Source of the DNA: an uncultured Pseudomonadota bacterium
GTDB taxonomy: Bacteria > Pseudomonadota > Gammaproteobacteria > Methylococcales > Methylomonadaceae
Direction: 5' to 3'
NCBI GenBank assembly: GCA_903876445.1
Contig: CAIQZX010000011.1
Location: 1,543-65,542, forward strand
Length of the DNA: 64,000 nucleotides
This document shows, one piece after another, positions 27,601 through 36,394 of the stretch (position 1 is its first letter; each line of letters opens with the position of its first letter). Below the pieces are notes generated by a model that searched no databases, was not told the DNA's origin, and saw only the letters and a list, made by a program, of their open reading frames with translations. The translations under genes were made by a program, and so were the position numbers.

Positions 27601-28881
27601 TTATTTAGGAGACCAAGCAGGTTCACGCACTTCTGCACTATCAAAAACCAGTTTTTGTTGCATTCTACCATCGATGGAAACAGCGGATAAATAACCCGTA
27701 CTTCCTTTTCGTGACGCATAAAGAACCATACTACCATTTGGCGCGAAACTCGGTGATTCATCGAGGGGTCCCGAAGTCAAAACACTAATGGATTTTGAAT
27801 TGACATCCATCACGCCAATTCTATAATCGCCGCCGTTTCCGTGAACCATCGTAATAAATTTTCCGTCAGGTGAAAAACTGGCGCGGGCATTATAGCTACC
27901 GCTGAACGTAATGCGTTTTTCTTCACCGCCTTGTACAGGAATAGAATATAACTGTGGTTTTCCACCTCTGTCAGAAGTAAAAACAATGTTTCGCCCATCG
28001 GGTGACCACGTTGGTTCAGTATCAATAGCGCGATTTTTCGTTAATTTTGACACAGCTCGTGAACCCAAATCCAAAATATAAATGTCTGGATTCCCATCTT
28101 TTGACAATGTCACAGCGAGTTTTGAACCATCTGGCGACCATGCCGGTGCGCCGTTGATACCAGGAAATTCCGCAACTCGTTCGCGCTGCCCTGTGGCTAA
28201 GGTTTGGGTATAAATAGCTGCAGTACGTTTCTCAAATGAAACATACGCAATACGTTTTGCATCCGGTGACCACGCAGGCGACATTAACGGCTCAATCGAA
28301 GTGGCTACCGCTTGAGCATTTGCGCCATCGGCATCCGCAACCATCAATTTATGATTACTTTGATCACCTTGTCGAGTGCTTGTAATGTAAGCGATTCGTC
28401 CGCTAAATACGCCTTTTTTACCAAGTATTTTTTCATAAATCATATCACTAATGTGATGCGCCGTTTTACGCAAATCATTCGCCGACGAAGTCATTCGATA
28501 GCCTAATAATTGCGAACCATTTGCTACGTCGAATAATTGAAATTCCACATTATACGCCCCCCCATTTGGCTGCACACGTCCAATCACAACGTAATTTTGT
28601 CCAACCGACTGCCAATCTGGAAAGTTAATCGCATCGGCTGATGTTGGTTTAGCGGGCATTCGTTGTGGCGATAACGTTTTGAAATAACCGCTGCGCGTCA
28701 AATCTGAATCGACGACGCTACTCACATCTAATGACGCTCCTTGTGAAGCGAATGGCACAATCGCAATCGGCATCGCACTTTCAATACCTTCTGTAATTTC
28801 AATCGACATTTCAGCATTCACAATTGGCGCAAAACACATTCCAATTGCAGATACTAAAACCAGTTTTTTAAATAAATTCAC
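27601..28881 (-). CDS. tolB: Tol-Pal system beta-propeller protein TolB
   Basis: 426 aa with repeated P.WSPDG propeller motifs and a GTG start. Confidence 0.95.
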   Translation of the reverse strand: MNLFKKLVLVSAIGMCFAPIVNAEMSIEITEGIESAMPIAIVPFASQGASLDVSSVVDSDLTRSGYFKTLSPQRMPAKPTSADAINFPDWQSVGQNYVVIGRVQPNGGAYNVEFQLFDVANGSQLLGYRMTSSANDLRKTAHHISDMIYEKILGKKGVFSGRIAYITSTRQGDQSNHKLMVADADGANAQAVATSIEPLMSPAWSPDAKRIAYVSFEKRTAAIYTQTLATGQRERVAEFPGINGAPAWSPDGSKLAVTLSKDGNPDIYILDLGSRAVSKLTKNRAIDTEPTWSPDGRNIVFTSDRGGKPQLYSIPVQGGEEKRITFSGSYNARASFSPDGKFITMVHGNGGDYRIGVMDVNSKSISVLTSGPLDESPSFAPNGSMVLYASRKGSTGYLSAVSIDGRMQQKLVFDSAEVREPAWSPK

Positions 28882-28904
28882 GGGATACCTTCTTTAACTA
28901 TTTT

Positions 28905-30410
28905 TTATTTTGGGTCGAACACAAACGTAAAGGATTTAAACTCTTTAGCAAACAACTCTTTATCAGATGGAACAGGCAGATGACTACCAACTGCATTTTC
29001 AGCGGAACGATCGAAAATATCGTCGCCGCTGCTTTGAACAACCGTTGCATCAAGAACCGTTCCATCGGCGGATAAACGCACACGAATCGTACATTTTAAA
29101 TTCGCACTTTCTGGTGGACGAACCCAACGACTATTTACTGTTCGTTTAATTTCTGCCATTGCCTTTGCTTTCGCTTCAGCTTGAGCATTTGCTGCTGCTG
29201 CCGCAGCCGCTTTTGCATTTGCAGCGGCGGCTTCTTGTCCAGCTGCTTCAATTCTTGCTTGATTTGCCGCGTCACGTTCTGCAGCTTGTTTTGCTAATGC
29301 GTCAGCGCGTGCTTTTTCATTTGCAGCACGATCAGCATCCGCTTTTGCAGCAGCTTCTTTTGCGGCTTTATCTGCCGCTTGTTTGGCTGCGGCTTCAGCT
29401 TTTGCGGCTTGCGCTTTCTCATTGGCTAATTTTTCAGCTTCGGCTTTTTTAGCCGCTTCTTTTTTGGCTTCCGCTTCAGCCATTTTTTTGGCTTCCGCTT
29501 CCGCTTTTTTCGCTTCGGCTTTTTCGGCTGCTAATTTTTCTGCTTTTTCTTTTTCAGCTGTTTCTTTTGCAGCGGCTTTTTTCGCCTCGGCTTCGGCTTT
29601 TTTTGCTTCCGCCTTTTCAGCCGCCTTTTTCGCTTCTGCTTCAGCCTGTTTAGCTTCTTTCGCGTCTGCTTTTTCAGCCGCTAATTTTTCCGCTTTTTCT
29701 TTCTCAGCCGCTTCCTTTTTTGCCTGTGCTTTTTCGGTGGCTTCTTTTTCACGTTCTGCTTTTTTTGCGTCTTCAGCCTCTTTTGATTTCACATGCTCAA
29801 TCGCTTTTTTTGCTTCTTCGACCTTTTGCGCTTCAGCTTTTTCAGCGGCTATTTTTTCCGCTTTCGCCACCGCTTCTTTTTGTGTTTTTTCAGCCGCCAC
29901 TTTTTTAGCTTCTTCGGCTTTCGCTTCTTTTACTTCTTCCGCCTTTTTAGCTTGCGCCTTTTCAGCATCTACCTTTTTAGCTTCTTCACGCATTGCCAAT
30001 TTTTTGACTTCTGCCTTTTCCGTTGCTTGCTTTAAGGCTTCTGCTGTTTTTTCTGCCGCTTTAATTGCCGCCTGTTTTGCAGCTAAATCCTCTTTAGGTT
30101 TTGGTGGCTCGACAGGTTTTGGCGGTTCAATTTTTTTAGGCTCTTCGACAACGGGCGGTGGTGGCTCTGGTGCAATAGGAGCTGGAGGCTCAACCGGCGG
30201 CGATGGCGTAGGAATCGGTTTTTCAATAGGTGGCACAGGTTTCACCGGTGGCGGATTTAATTCAACCATTGTCGCGTGAATAATTTCCGGTTCTGGCGGT
30301 GGTGGCGGTGGCGCAGGTTTGTACAACGCACTGAGCGCAAACAAGCCTAAAAGCGTTAAATGAAACGCTAATGCCAATAAAAACGGTTTTGAAAATTTTT
30401 GATTAGCCAT
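28905..30410 (-). CDS. tolA: Tol-Pal system protein TolA (elongated helical domain)
   Basis: It has an N-terminal TM anchor, a Pro-rich segment, about 300 aa of A/E/K helix and a TolA_C-like end (RWVRPP...VQSSGD..FD.SA..AV). Its position between tolR and tolB fits. Confidence 0.88.
   Translation of the reverse strand: MANQKFSKPFLLALAFHLTLLGLFALSALYKPAPPPPPPEPEIIHATMVELNPPPVKPVPPIEKPIPTPSPPVEPPAPIAPEPPPPVVEEPKKIEPPKPVEPPKPKEDLAAKQAAIKAAEKTAEALKQATEKAEVKKLAMREEAKKVDAEKAQAKKAEEVKEAKAEEAKKVAAEKTQKEAVAKAEKIAAEKAEAQKVEEAKKAIEHVKSKEAEDAKKAEREKEATEKAQAKKEAAEKEKAEKLAAEKADAKEAKQAEAEAKKAAEKAEAKKAEAEAKKAAAKETAEKEKAEKLAAEKAEAKKAEAEAKKMAEAEAKKEAAKKAEAEKLANEKAQAAKAEAAAKQAADKAAKEAAAKADADRAANEKARADALAKQAAERDAANQARIEAAGQEAAAANAKAAAAAAANAQAEAKAKAMAEIKRTVNSRWVRPPESANLKCTIRVRLSADGTVLDATVVQSSGDDIFDRSAENAVGSHLPVPSDKELFAKEFKSFTFVFDPK
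29210..30095 (-). repeat. In-frame A/E/K tandem-repeat coding region of tolA
   Basis: The peptides AEKAEAKKAEAEAKK and EKEKAEKLAAEKA each occur twice. The DNA shows about 100-nt imperfect tandem copies around 29470-29710. Confidence 0.8.
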
Positions 30411-30418
30411 CTAAGCCG

Positions 30419-30862
30419 TTAATCATCTGATTTAGTCATTAACCCAACTGTCGGTACGCCAGCTTGTTTTAAGGTAGCCATTGTGACAACAACTGTGCCG
30501 TAATCGATATTTTTATCGGCGTTAATTAAAATTTGTGTTTCAGGTTTATTTTTTAAAACCGCTTCAATGCGTGGATAAATTTCTTCCAACGCAACCGGCT
30601 CATCTTCACCGTTACCCACATTTATAAAATAAACCCCGCCTTTTTCGCTATGTTGAATCGAAATGATGAACGGTGGCGTATCATCTTTTTGTTCAATCAT
30701 CGCTGCTTGCGCTCTTGGCAAATCAACCTCAACGCCCGATTGCAACATCGGGGTAGTAATCATGAAAATAATCAGCAACACCAACGTTACGTCGATATAG
30801 GGAACGACGTTGATTTCAGCCATTGGACGACGACGACCGGCTTTTTTGTTATTTACATTCAT
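30419..30862 (-). CDS. tolR: Tol-Pal system protein TolR
   Basis: The ExbD/TolR family signature (INVVPYIDVTLVLLIIFM) is present. ATGA coupling links it to tolQ. Confidence 0.9.
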   Translation of the reverse strand: MNVNNKKAGRRRPMAEINVVPYIDVTLVLLIIFMITTPMLQSGVEVDLPRAQAAMIEQKDDTPPFIISIQHSEKGGVYFINVGNGEDEPVALEEIYPRIEAVLKNKPETQILINADKNIDYGTVVVTMATLKQAGVPTVGLMTKSDD

Positions 30863-31536
30863 TTGCTGTGCGCCTGTCTTTGTAATAACACGATAAATTC
30901 TTCAACAAACAATTCATACCGTCCGGTTAATCTATCCAAACGAGTTGAAAAACGGTTATAAGCAACAACGGCGGGAATCGCGGCAAATAAACCAATTGCG
31001 GTAGCAATCAACGCTTCGGCAATACCCGGTGCAACTTGTGCTAACGTCGCTTGTTTAACATTTCCCAATGCCATAAAGGAATTCATAATCCCCCAAACCG
31101 TTCCGAATAAACCCACATACGGACTGGTTGAACCAACTGTAGCAAGAAACGCTAAATGTTCATCTAATCGGTCAAGCTCGCGCAGCAATTCGATTCGCAT
31201 CACTCGTTGTGCGCTTTCGACTTGCACAGCGGGTTCAACATTACCGCTCAAACGCATTCGAGAAAATTCTTTGTAACCAGCCAAGAAAATTTTTTCGATA
31301 CCTTCGGGTTCGAAATCTTTTGCAGCAAGTTTGCGATAAAGTTCCGACAACGAAACACCAGACCAAAATTGCTCCTCAAATTCGTCCGTAATTTCAATGG
31401 CGCGATTGAGTTCTTTGCGTTTAGAAAAAATAAACGTCCACGATACTAACGATGCTGTGAACAGCACCAGCATCACAAATTGCACCACAAAACTGGCTTC
31501 GGTGACTAAATGAAAAATCGATAAATCAGTGTTCAT
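30859..31536 (-). CDS. tolQ: Tol-Pal system protein TolQ
   Basis: The MotA/TolQ/ExbB signature (LATVGSTSPYVGLFGTVWGIM) is present. Confidence 0.93.
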   Translation of the reverse strand: MNTDLSIFHLVTEASFVVQFVMLVLFTASLVSWTFIFSKRKELNRAIEITDEFEEQFWSGVSLSELYRKLAAKDFEPEGIEKIFLAGYKEFSRMRLSGNVEPAVQVESAQRVMRIELLRELDRLDEHLAFLATVGSTSPYVGLFGTVWGIMNSFMALGNVKQATLAQVAPGIAEALIATAIGLFAAIPAVVAYNRFSTRLDRLTGRYELFVEEFIVLLQRQAHSK

Positions 31537-31942
31537 TGTTTTTAATTAAAAATGCGTCAAATAAAAAATCAGGAATGGCAGTCGGTTTTAAATTGTCTAC
31601 GTTAAGGCAGGCAATCCGACAGCTACAAGTGCAAAGCGTTATTTCACCGCACTTTATGGTTTGTTCAAACGTTAGGCTGGCTTTCTTTTTATGTAAAATT
31701 TCCGCGCTAACATATATTAAATCGTCGAATTTCGCTGGGCGTAAATAATCAATTTCTATATTTCTTACAGCAAAAATGATGCCCGATTTCTGGCGTAATT
31801 CATTTTGCTCAAATCCTAAATTACGCAACATTTCGGTTCGTGCGCGTTCAAAAAAGTTCAAATAGTTTGAATGATACACCACGCCGCCCGCATCGGTATC
31901 TTCGTAATAAATTCTAACAGGTAAAATAAAAGGTGTTTTCAT
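31526..31942 (-). CDS. ybgC: Tol-Pal-associated acyl-CoA thioesterase YbgC
   Basis: It has the 4HBT hot-dog N-terminus (VRIYYEDTDAGGVVYHSNYL) and lies directly upstream of tolQ. Confidence 0.85.
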   Translation of the reverse strand: MKTPFILPVRIYYEDTDAGGVVYHSNYLNFFERARTEMLRNLGFEQNELRQKSGIIFAVRNIEIDYLRPAKFDDLIYVSAEILHKKKASLTFEQTIKCGEITLCTCSCRIACLNVDNLKPTAIPDFLFDAFLIKNNEH

Positions 31943-31972
31943 AAATTAAATCACCAAAACAAAAATGTGGAA

Positions 31973-32260
31973 TCACTGCAAACGCGACTTCGCTAATTTA
32001 TAAACTTTGTCTTTTTCACGTTTGCCGATTGCAATAACCGACACAAAAATAATGTCATCTTCCACTTTGTAAATTAAACGATAGCCTAAACTTCGCAATT
32101 TAATTTTGTAGCAATTCGGCATTCCAGAAAGTGCTGCCGTCGGTACACGCGGATTTTGCAAGCGTTCCTGTAATTTTGACTTAAAACGTTCACGAATTGT
32201 TGCGTCGAGTTTTTCCCATTCTGCCAACGCCAATTCTTGAAAACGTAATTTATAAGTCAT
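31973..32260 (-). CDS. relE: Type II toxin, RelE/StbE family
   Basis: MTYKLRFQELALAEWEKLD..IRERFKSKLQERLQNP...YKIKLRSLGYRLIYKVEDDIIFVSVIAIGKREKDKVY is the canonical RelE/StbE layout. It overlaps the antitoxin gene by 11 nt. Confidence 0.8.
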   Translation of the reverse strand: MTYKLRFQELALAEWEKLDATIRERFKSKLQERLQNPRVPTAALSGMPNCYKIKLRSLGYRLIYKVEDDIIFVSVIAIGKREKDKVYKLAKSRLQ

Positions 32261-32495
32261 CGATATTGACCTCAATAAAAACGCCGTTGGAACGTTCACG
32301 GACTAATTTTTCGTCTTCTAAATCTTCCACATACGACAAAAGCTGCTCGTAATGTCGCGCCGATAATAAATAAGCTTCGGGGCGATTGTGATTCAAAATC
32401 GCAACGGCTTCGTCGTCAGCTTGTTTGATTACACCGCTAAAATTCCGTTTCAATTCACCAACACTAACACTTAACTCTGAAAAAATGTTTTCCAT
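32250..32495 (-). CDS. Type II antitoxin, Phd/YefM (StbD-like) family
   Basis: 81 aa. VSVGELKRNFSGVIKQADDEAVAILNHNRPEAYLLSARHYEQL is a Phd/YefM-type N-domain. It lies immediately upstream of the toxin. Confidence 0.75.
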   Translation of the reverse strand: MENIFSELSVSVGELKRNFSGVIKQADDEAVAILNHNRPEAYLLSARHYEQLLSYVEDLEDEKLVRERSNGVFIEVNIDDL

Positions 32496-32563
32496 AAATC
32501 ACTCCCAAAAAATCAAAACCCACAACGCCAAATCAATCAACAATTTTTTCGTTCCAAACATTT

Positions 32564-33601
32564 TCATGACTCAAATAAATCAACATTTATCGCCGCAACT
32601 TTTGGGGCGGTTAAACCAAAATGCAAATACGCCGCAGCCGTGGCAACTCGTCCGCGTGGGGTTCGCATAATAAAACCTTGTTGCAACAAATACGGTTCTA
32701 AAACATCTTCAATCGTGCCGCGTTCTTCGCTAATTGCCGCCGACATCGTGTCTAAACCGACTGGCCCGCCAGAGAAATTTTCAATCAATGTTAATAAAAA
32801 TTTTCTGTCCAAACTATCAAAGCCGTTGCCGTCCACTTTTAACATGGTTAAAGCTTCCGCCGCACCGTGTTCGGTGATGATGCCGTTACTTTTGACTTGA
32901 GCAAAATCGCGCACCCGCCGCAATAACCGATTTGCGATACGAGGTGTGCCGCGTGAACGTTTGGCGATTTCAACTGCGCCTTTTGGTTCGATGCCGATTT
33001 TTAAAACCTGCGCCGAACGGGTGACAATATGCGTTAATTCTTCAACCGTGTAAAAAACCAAGCGTTGCACAATTCCAAATCTGTCGCGCAATGGCGAAGT
33101 CAACAAACCTGCGCGAGTCGTTGCACCAATTAACGTAAACGGCGGCAAATCAATTTTAATCGACCGCGCCGACGCACCTTCACCAATCATCAAATCAAGC
33201 TGATAATCTTCCATTGCAGGATATAAAATTTCTTCAACGGCGGGACTTAAACGGTGAATTTCATCGATAAACAGCACGTCATGTTTTTCTAAATTCGTCA
33301 GCAACGCCGCTAAATCACCGGCTTTTTCCAAAACGGGCGCGGCAGTTTGACGCAAATTCACGCCCATTTCGTTGGCGATAATTAACGCTAACGTGGTTTT
33401 TCCTAAACCTGGCGGCCCAAAAATTAACGTGTGGTCGAGAGCTTCTTTTCGCGCCATTGCTGCTTCAATAAAAATTGCCATCTGCGTGCGGCATTCTTCT
33501 TGTCCAACATAATCCGCTAAATGTTTTGGACGCATTGCACGATCATGTCCTTCTTCGCCCTGCCCTGCATTCGCCGTAATTAAACGATCTTCTTCAATCA
33601 T
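32564..33601 (-). CDS. ruvB: Holliday junction branch-migration ATPase RuvB
   Basis: 345 aa. [12 protein letters not shown], Walker [10 protein letters not shown], Walker [12 protein letters not shown] and RTPRGR at the C-terminus are all present. Confidence 0.97.
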   Translation of the reverse strand: MIEEDRLITANAGQGEEGHDRAMRPKHLADYVGQEECRTQMAIFIEAAMARKEALDHTLIFGPPGLGKTTLALIIANEMGVNLRQTAAPVLEKAGDLAALLTNLEKHDVLFIDEIHRLSPAVEEILYPAMEDYQLDLMIGEGASARSIKIDLPPFTLIGATTRAGLLTSPLRDRFGIVQRLVFYTVEELTHIVTRSAQVLKIGIEPKGAVEIAKRSRGTPRIANRLLRRVRDFAQVKSNGIITEHGAAEALTMLKVDGNGFDSLDRKFLLTLIENFSGGPVGLDTMSAAISEERGTIEDVLEPYLLQQGFIMRTPRGRVATAAAYLHFGLTAPKVAAINVDLFES

Positions 33602-33677
33602 CTTGTTTTAAATAACACATTAAATACTCACTAAATTTATATCATCAAAATTTCACTGCCATCGCAACCAAATAAAT

Positions 33678-33905
33678 TTAACGCAGTGCAGCGTTTTTAT
33701 AAACTAATCGATAACCGATTGCTCGCAGTTTGATTTTGTAACGCGCTTTTTGACCCGATAATTTCGATTGCGCGTGATGTGGATTTTCCAACCGTTCTGC
33801 TAATTTTTGTTTGAATTGTTCACGAATTGTTGAATCCAAGGATTGCCACTCTTTCCATGCGATGGGGCGAAAATCAAAATCCCAGCGTCCACAAAGCCAA
33901 ATCAA
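33678..33905 (-). pseudogene. C-terminally truncated RelE/StbE-family toxin remnant (paralogue of 31973-32260)
   Basis: WKEWQSLDSTIREQFKQKLAERLENP...YKIKLRAIGYRLVYK aligns closely with the intact RelE at 31973. It stops right after the GYRLVYK block, it lacks about 30 C-terminal residues, and it has only a TTG start. Confidence 0.6.
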
Positions 33906-33994
33906 TCTCGATAAATATCACTACGATGCCCAATTTTAATGACGTTAATGATTAGAACGGCGTTTTCAATACTGTAAATCACCCACTCGAATTC
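33902..33994 (-). pseudogene. C-terminal fragment of a second RelE/ParE-family toxin
   Basis: Own translation of the minus strand gives ...EFEWVIYSIENAVLIINVIKIGHRSDIYRD-stop, which is a typical RelE/ParE C-terminus. There is no N-terminal half and no start codon. Its frame differs from the antitoxin ORF it abuts. Confidence 0.45.
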
Positions 33995-34146
33995 GATATA
34001 ACTCCTAAGGCTTGCTCGGCTTCTTTTACATCGATTTCGTCTTGGTAAATTTCAAATAGCATTCCCAAAAAATCATCAACCGATTTACCCACAACAGCCG
34101 CCATATTGGCTAGTTGTGTTTCGTTATATTCGCTGATTTGTATCAT
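33979..34146 (-). CDS. Small antitoxin-like protein, possibly 3'-truncated (RHH/RelB-like)
   Basis: MIQISEYNETQLANMAAVVGKSVDDFLGMLFEIYQDEIDVKEAEQAL resembles RHH antitoxins that end with ..EDEiDlk.aeeAl... A GGAGG lies 5 nt upstream of ATG 34146. The reading frame ends inside the toxin-fragment junction. Confidence 0.45.
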   Translation of the reverse strand: MIQISEYNETQLANMAAVVGKSVDDFLGMLFEIYQDEIDVKEAEQALGVISNSSG

Positions 34147-34217
34147 CAAAACCTCCAAAAAAATCAAAATCTCAACGCTCACCAAGCCAAAACAAAAGGG
34201 AAAAATACTGTCGCTAC

Positions 34218-35366
34218 CTACCTAACCAACCGAACATAATCGCTATAGCTCTTACTGTAGCCGTTCGAATAGCTAAGGACGAAATCGACACCCCACGCAT
34301 TGTTACTATTGAAAGCATTAGGCGAAGAAGACCAAAACCAATCAGTTTGCGTGTTTGGAAAATAAGTTGTGTCGATAGCTGGTATATTACCTAATTTCAC
34401 AATACCTAATAGCTCATCTTTTGTTGGCAATCGCCAGTCGCTTGCACCACATAACCCTTCCGAATTTACATCAATTACAAAACCATTGGCATTCGTTATC
34501 GCTGCGTAAAATTTGGGATCATAATCAGACGTATAATTCGTGTAAGTTTTAGCCATGTCACGCAAACCGCCATTCGTTTTAACTTCCCAAATCAAACCTG
34601 TGTCGTTGTCTTTGGTGCAAGCCCAATCGGTGGGTTTATTCCCTAAAACTGGATTAACGGGACAATCTTCTTCGCCTTCCAACGCGCCACTGTTACAAAC
34701 TTTGCTGTAAGCATTCACTGGAGTGGCTACAACATCAATCGTTTTTGATAAAATGGTACTCGTTAAAGCGGGTGTGCCGTTGTCTTTAGCGGTTGCCGAT
34801 AATGCAAATTTACCAACGGTGGTGTAAGTGTGTGTGAATGTGAGTATTTCATCATTTGTTGCTGTTTGCATTTCTGCTTTTGAGCCGTCTTTCCAATCAA
34901 CTGAAATTGAGCGCAGATTGCCGTCAACATCTGAGGCTTTGAGTTGCAAGGTATAAACTTTGTATTGTTCGACTGAATCGTCGCCGCTCACCAATGTTAA
35001 TGTTGGAGCGTTATTTATTTTGCTTGAAACGCTGTAATTGCCGCTAGAAACTTTGCCTTGCAACGCATTTTTCGCGTTGTAAATTCCGACTTTGTACGTT
35101 TGTGAGCCAGTTGTATAAATTGCCCGCGATAACGAATAACTGGTTTTGGCTCCTGTCATCGACGCTAAACCTTTACCCAAATCGATTTTGACTTTATTAC
35201 CTGCGGTTAATGGCGCGTTTAACGTCGCGGTAAATTTAAACATCGTTCCCGCTGTTGCAGAAGTTGGCGTGACGCTAATTTTGGTAATTTTCGGTGTAAC
35301 AGTTACAGCGTAAACATTCCCGACAAAAGCAAACATCAATCCTGTTGTTAAAAATAGTTTCTTCAT
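34218..35366 (-). CDS. Secreted Ig-like/PKD-domain protein with C-terminal DUF1566 (Lcl-C-like) domain
   Basis: It has a signal peptide (VGNVYA) and a PKD-like block (SISVDWKDGS...FTHTYTTVGKFALSATAKDNG). The DUF1566 pattern is TGLIWEV...ASDWRLPTKDELLGI...FWSSS...YVRLVR. Confidence 0.65.
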   Translation of the reverse strand: MKKLFLTTGLMFAFVGNVYAVTVTPKITKISVTPTSATAGTMFKFTATLNAPLTAGNKVKIDLGKGLASMTGAKTSYSLSRAIYTTGSQTYKVGIYNAKNALQGKVSSGNYSVSSKINNAPTLTLVSGDDSVEQYKVYTLQLKASDVDGNLRSISVDWKDGSKAEMQTATNDEILTFTHTYTTVGKFALSATAKDNGTPALTSTILSKTIDVVATPVNAYSKVCNSGALEGEEDCPVNPVLGNKPTDWACTKDNDTGLIWEVKTNGGLRDMAKTYTNYTSDYDPKFYAAITNANGFVIDVNSEGLCGASDWRLPTKDELLGIVKLGNIPAIDTTYFPNTQTDWFWSSSPNAFNSNNAWGVDFVLSYSNGYSKSYSDYVRLVR

Positions 35367-35383
35367 AAATTCCTTCTCTAAAA

Positions 35384-36373
35384 TTATAGCTTCTGCAATT
35401 TTCCAAAATGTAACGCCCCTAATAAACCGACTTCAGGCTGCATACAAACATTTATGGGCATTTTTTCCAATGCGCCACGATAACGTCCTTTTGCTAAAAA
35501 ACCTTCCAAAAACGTTCCCTGTTGCAAGAACGGCAAACATTTTGCTGCAATGCCACCAGCCAAATAAACGCCGCCATAAGAAAGACATTTCAAGGCTAAA
35601 TTCCCCGCTTCTGCGCCATAAATTTTGGCAAAAAGTTGCATTGCTGCGCGGCACAATTCATCACCATTTTCCATTGCGAATAAACTAATCGCTGCTGCCT
35701 TATCGTTGGCATTTTGTAATCGTGTTTCTAATTCGGGAGAAATTTCTGGATATTGCGTGTGTCTTAAAAAATCAAAAATCGCTTCAATACCAACGCCCGA
35801 TACTAAACGCTCATAACTAACGTGTTCAGGATAACGAGTTTGCATAAATGAGAGTAACGCAATTTGCTGGGCATCTGTTGGCGCGAAATCGGTATGCCCG
35901 CCTTCATTTGCAATAACGTGATGTTTTGCGCCATCGTAAAAAACAATCGCCTCACCTAAACCAGTTCCCGCCGCTAAAATAGCGCAATTTCCAATTTGAA
36001 CTTCTGCGTTAGAATTTAGAGAAACAAAATCACTTTTAGGTAATGATAAAATTCCCCATGCGGCGGCTTCTAAATCGTTAATTAAAATTACATTTTCTGT
36101 TTTTAACTGTTTGGAAATTTCATCGCATTTTAATTTCCACGGCAAATTTGTTGTTTCGCAATCACCATTCATAATCGGTCCCGCCACACCTAAGCAGACC
36201 GATGTGAATGTCAATTCATCGCCAGCAAAAACACAAAGACTTAAAAAATTGGTTAATAATTCTTGGAAGGTGTTGTAATTCGCGCTGTCAAAATGCTGTT
36301 TAAATACCGTTTTTTCGCCATCAAAAATAGCCAATAAAGTTTTTGTTCCGCCAATATCACCCGCCAAAATCAT
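35384..36373 (-). CDS. glk: Glucokinase
   Basis: MILAGDIGGTKT..., with the ROK-less Glk family layout at 329 aa. Confidence 0.9.
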   Translation of the reverse strand: MILAGDIGGTKTLLAIFDGEKTVFKQHFDSANYNTFQELLTNFLSLCVFAGDELTFTSVCLGVAGPIMNGDCETTNLPWKLKCDEISKQLKTENVILINDLEAAAWGILSLPKSDFVSLNSNAEVQIGNCAILAAGTGLGEAIVFYDGAKHHVIANEGGHTDFAPTDAQQIALLSFMQTRYPEHVSYERLVSGVGIEAIFDFLRHTQYPEISPELETRLQNANDKAAAISLFAMENGDELCRAAMQLFAKIYGAEAGNLALKCLSYGGVYLAGGIAAKCLPFLQQGTFLEGFLAKGRYRGALEKMPINVCMQPEVGLLGALHFGKLQKL

Positions 36374-36394
36374 AAATTTTCGTTCCTTAAAGTT

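Noticed and set aside
27284-27694. A 136-aa plus-strand ORF across the pal/tolB junction.
   Set aside because: It lies antisense to two strongly supported Tol-Pal genes, and its composition is driven by the Gly/Ser/Asn linker codons of pal.
29159-30279. Long plus-strand ORFs (298, 97, 80 and 62 aa) rich in A/S/F/L.
   Set aside because: They are the antisense mirror of the A/E/K repeat region of tolA. The low-complexity GCn/AAR codons stay open on the opposite strand. They have no ribosome-binding site and no plausible protein features.
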